From NCBI GenBank assembly GCA_950097015.1, contig CATNEN010000033.1, positions 682,001 through 746,000 of the forward strand: a DNA stretch of 64,000 nt, in the 5' to 3' direction. The position numbers were made by a program, and so were the translations under genes. Source of the stretch: Macrostomum hystrix. Its lineage: Eukaryota > Animalia > Platyhelminthes. Within the stretch, counting starts at the first letter, position 1. Each line of letters starts with the position of its first letter. Below are positions 60,700-64,000 of this stretch, in pieces. The notes beneath the pieces were generated by a model, which was given only the letters and a program-made list of their open reading frames with translations, searched no databases and was not told the DNA's origin.

Positions 60700-62183
60700 A
60701 TGGCAACTCGAAGTGAGTATCGAAAGAATTATCGCAACTATGCAGAAAAAGCTGCCGAAGTTTATCGCGAGCACCTGCGCTACAGGCAGCTGCGCCGGTC
60801 GGCCGAGTTTGCCCATCATGAATGGGCCTGGGCCAATGTCGAGTGCGACGACTCTGCCACGCCAAGCGGTGCTTCCCCCGCCCCAGCTTCCAAGATTGAG
60901 AATCCGCCAACTGTGACCCAGAAGCAGCTTCAGGCCACAGACCTGATGCCATTGTCCAAGCGTCTGACCAAGGCCAAGCCCAGCTTGTCGACTCTGTCGC
61001 AGTCTGGCTCGGAGACCGACTACGAGGAGCGGGAAGCCGACATGCTAGGAGACCCCCTAGCTGAATCAGGCGGCGAAATGGCGGCGAAGACGCCGTTGGA
61101 CGGACAGACGAAGCCGCTAAGTGATGAAGCTGAGAGGGCGAAAATTCGACGGGCGATTCGTCAGATCAAGCAGCAAAGACAGGGTAGGAAGATTCGCATA
61201 CTCATATTCAACATATAAAGCATAGTACAGTGTTTTTGTTCTTCATTTTTCCAGAGCAGCAACAGCCGGCGCAGTTGCAAAAGCAACCAGTTGAGAAGCC
61301 GAAGCGTCAGCGGCAGAGTCAACAGACGCGACGTACACCGCCCGTCGTTGAAAGCCTCGCCTATAGCAGCGGCGTCGCCGAAGAGAACGACTACGATGAC
61401 TATGAGGAGAGCGTGGACAGCACTGACGCCGACTATGAGGAGCAGCTGGCTGCGGCCAGGCATCGCAGGCTTCAGAGACGCCACATGCAGAGGCTGGAGG
61501 AGAAGAAAAAGCTGGTGCAGTCTGATGCCAAAGTAATTGCATTGCTCTGAATATCTCGCTGCTGCCTGTATCATTGCTGCCCGTTTGACAAAGTGCACTT
61601 TTCATGGCGCATTTGATGATTTCTGTTTCAGCAGCAGCCCGTGAATAGCGGCGCTACGGTGTCTGCAACCAAAAACAAGCCTAAGCAGCAGCAGCAGCGC
61701 CGTCGTCAAGTGCCAGACTGTCCACCTCTGGAGCTCGACCGGGTGGCCGAAGAATCCGCCCAGGCGCTTTTCCATCGCCAGGGGCCGCAGGAGCAGCAGC
61801 AGCAGAATGGCCAGCAACAGCAGCAGGCCGAGTCGCCACCGATTTTCTACCCCTGGGGCATGGGTGACCAGGAGCGAGAGTACGGCCTAAAGCGGACCTT
61901 CAATGTCCGCGCCACTCGCGACGTCTACGACTCGGCTCTGCGCGCCCGCGACCGCTGTCCCCCGCCTCCTAGGCCGCGTCCGGCTACGGCCGGCGGTGGT
62001 CCGGTCGCCTCGGCTGGCGGACGAGTCGGTGGGCAACGCGCCAGCAGGCCGGGCGATGCAAAGGCAGCCCGCGACGACTATTGGCTGTCAGAGTACGCCA
62101 AGAACTTCGCCAAGTACGCCAACGCCCTGTACGCCAGGAATCGGCAGTCACTGGCCAGCCGTTCTCGGGCGGATTTTCTGTGA
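60700..62183 (+). CDS. CCSAP: Centriole, cilia and spindle-associated protein-like, 437 aa (exons 60700-61183, 61255-61532, 61632-62183)
   Basis: N-terminal SEYRKNY..YREHLRYRQLRRSAEFAHHEWAW and C-terminal YPWG..KRTFNVRA..VYDSALRA, WLSEY resemble CCSAP; spliced length 1314 nt is in frame. Confidence 0.78.
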
Positions 62184-63046
62184 TCCACCTTTCTGTTTCT
62201 GTCTGCAGTTAGTTTTCATAATAAACTGGTTTTAGTTTTCTAGTAAGGCAACACAAAAGCCAAGGTGTGCTCTCATTCTAATTTCAGAGTATTAACACTT
62301 TTTCTGCGGATTGTTTTTGCTCTAAGAATTCTGATGTAAAAAATCTAATTTTCTTTTCTTAGGAACTTTCAGCGCAGAAGCAAGCAAATGTATACCGTCA
62401 TGAGTAGACTCAAATAAGAGAACTGCAAATGCTAGCTGATATCTAGCTGATACCAGATACTGGACTCATTATTCACAATAGCCTTTTTAGCCACAAACAA
62501 TGTGTTCGTTTTGCTGCGCAAGACATGCATAGCCTGCGTACATTCTGATTGCGTAATCATTGACTGGCTGCGAACATTCCACGAGTAACTATTTGACAAG
62601 CTTTAAAAAAGCCGTCCCTTGTACCGCAGGCCTAAACACTGGCTGTGTACCCAAATCACCCTATTTAAATTGATCGGTGATCCAGTTTTTCTGTTTTACT
62701 ATTTTTCAGTTTTTTTTATTTTTAGGAAGCTAAATTCCATGCAGTTTACTTTTCCTGTCATTCTTTAGCACTTTTTTCTACACAAAAATGGACCACGAAA
62801 TAAAAGCAGAGATACTGCAATTATCCAAAACAGTGCTCGTATCTGAAACTACTACAAGTACTATTTCTACTTCAGCTGCCGCTAACTTATGCGATCCGTC
62901 CCATTGCTCTCACATTTTGCGGCTATTGATTAGTCTGACGAAAAAATACTGCTCATTTACATTTGTAATGCCTTCTGCGTTTTGCCTTAATTGTTCATTT
63001 AAACAATACTATCAGATAATCCTTACTAATAATACTCTGAGGATCA

Positions 63047-64000
63047 CCCTGACAGATGATCCTCAGCTGGCATCTCCCTGACAGATGATCCTCAGCTGGC
63101 ATCTCCCTGACAGATGATCCTCAGCTGGCATCTCCCTGACTGATGATCCTCAGCTGACATCTCCCTGACAGATGATCCTCAGCTGGCATCTCCCTGACTG
63201 ATGATCCTCAGCTGGCATCTCCCTGACTGATGATCCTCAGCTGACATCTCCCTGACAGATGATCCTCAGCTGGCATCTCCCTGACTGATGATCCTCAGCT
63301 GACATCGTCCTGACAGATGATCCTCAGCTGGCATCTCCCTGACTGATGATCCTCAGCTGGCATCTCCCTGACTGATGATCCTCAGCTGGCATCTCCCTGA
63401 CAGATGATCCTCAGCTGGCATCTCCCTGACAGATGATCCTCAGCTGGCATCTCCCTGACAGATGATCCTCAGCTGGCATCTCCCTGACAGATGATCCTCA
63501 GCTGGCATCTCCCTGACAGATGATCCTCAGCTGGCATCTCCCTGACAGATGATCCTCAGCTGGCATCTCCCTGACTGATGATCCTCAGCTGACATCTCCC
63601 TGACAGATGATCCTCAGCTGGCATCTCCCTGACTGATGATCCTCAGCTGGCATCTCCCTGACTGATGATCCTCAGCTGACATCTCCCTGACAGATGATCC
63701 TCAGCTGGCATCTCCCTGACTGATGATCCTCAGCTGACATCTCCCTGACAGATGATCCTCAGCTGGCATCTCCCTGACTGATGATCCTCAGCTGACATCG
63801 TCCTGACAGATGATCCTCAGCTGGCATCTCCCTGACTGATGATCCTCAGCTGGCATCTCCCTGACAGATGATCCTCAGCTGACATCTCCCTGACTGATGA
63901 TCCTCAGCTGGCATCTCCCTGACAGATGATCCTCAGCTGGCATCTCCCTGACAGATGATCCTCAGCTGGCATCTCCCTGACAGATGATCCTCAGCTGACA
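63047..64000. repeat. 29-bp minisatellite (CCCTGACAGATGATCCTCAGCTGGCATCT, ~33 copies, runs off the window)
   Basis: Direct reading; variants ACAG/ACTG, GGCA/GACA and CATCGTCC. Confidence 0.97.

Noticed and set aside
62788-63081. 97-aa ORF
   Set aside because: AT-rich, no homology recognised, and it runs into the minisatellite.

Overview
AT-rich eukaryotic (animal) genomic DNA with short GT-AG introns. Gene content and style would fit an invertebrate such as a flatworm, but that is inference. The window has two halves. (1) About 1-37 kb is a nested cluster of an apparently uncharacterised multi-gene mobile element, here called element A. It is present as three partial copies: 1-~12,970; an inverted copy at 13,461-~20,800; and 29,216-~36,695. 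Its core is a 3-exon, 948-aa gene that fuses a bipartite zinc-finger N-terminus to a divergent tyrosine-recombinase-like (YR) C-terminus. Around it are a YR-less paralogue of that N-terminus, a new 126/139-aa protein family, three further small orphan genes, and 95-bp arrays built on the palindrome GTATTTTCGCGAAAATAC. A second, distantly related ZnF-YR gene (element B, 24,385-27,263, two in-frame stops) is followed by long palindromes. A Helitron, a Tc1/IS630-type element with D,D30E spacing and MITEs have inserted into this cluster. (2) About 37-64 kb holds a decayed mariner, a non-LTR RT fragment, an inverted pair of ~2.1-kb repeats flanking an OSBP-related (ORP1/2-like) gene, a TCF19-like FHA-PHD gene, a CCSAP-like gene and a 29-bp minisatellite. 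The YR assignment rests on motifs read by eye. No database search was run.
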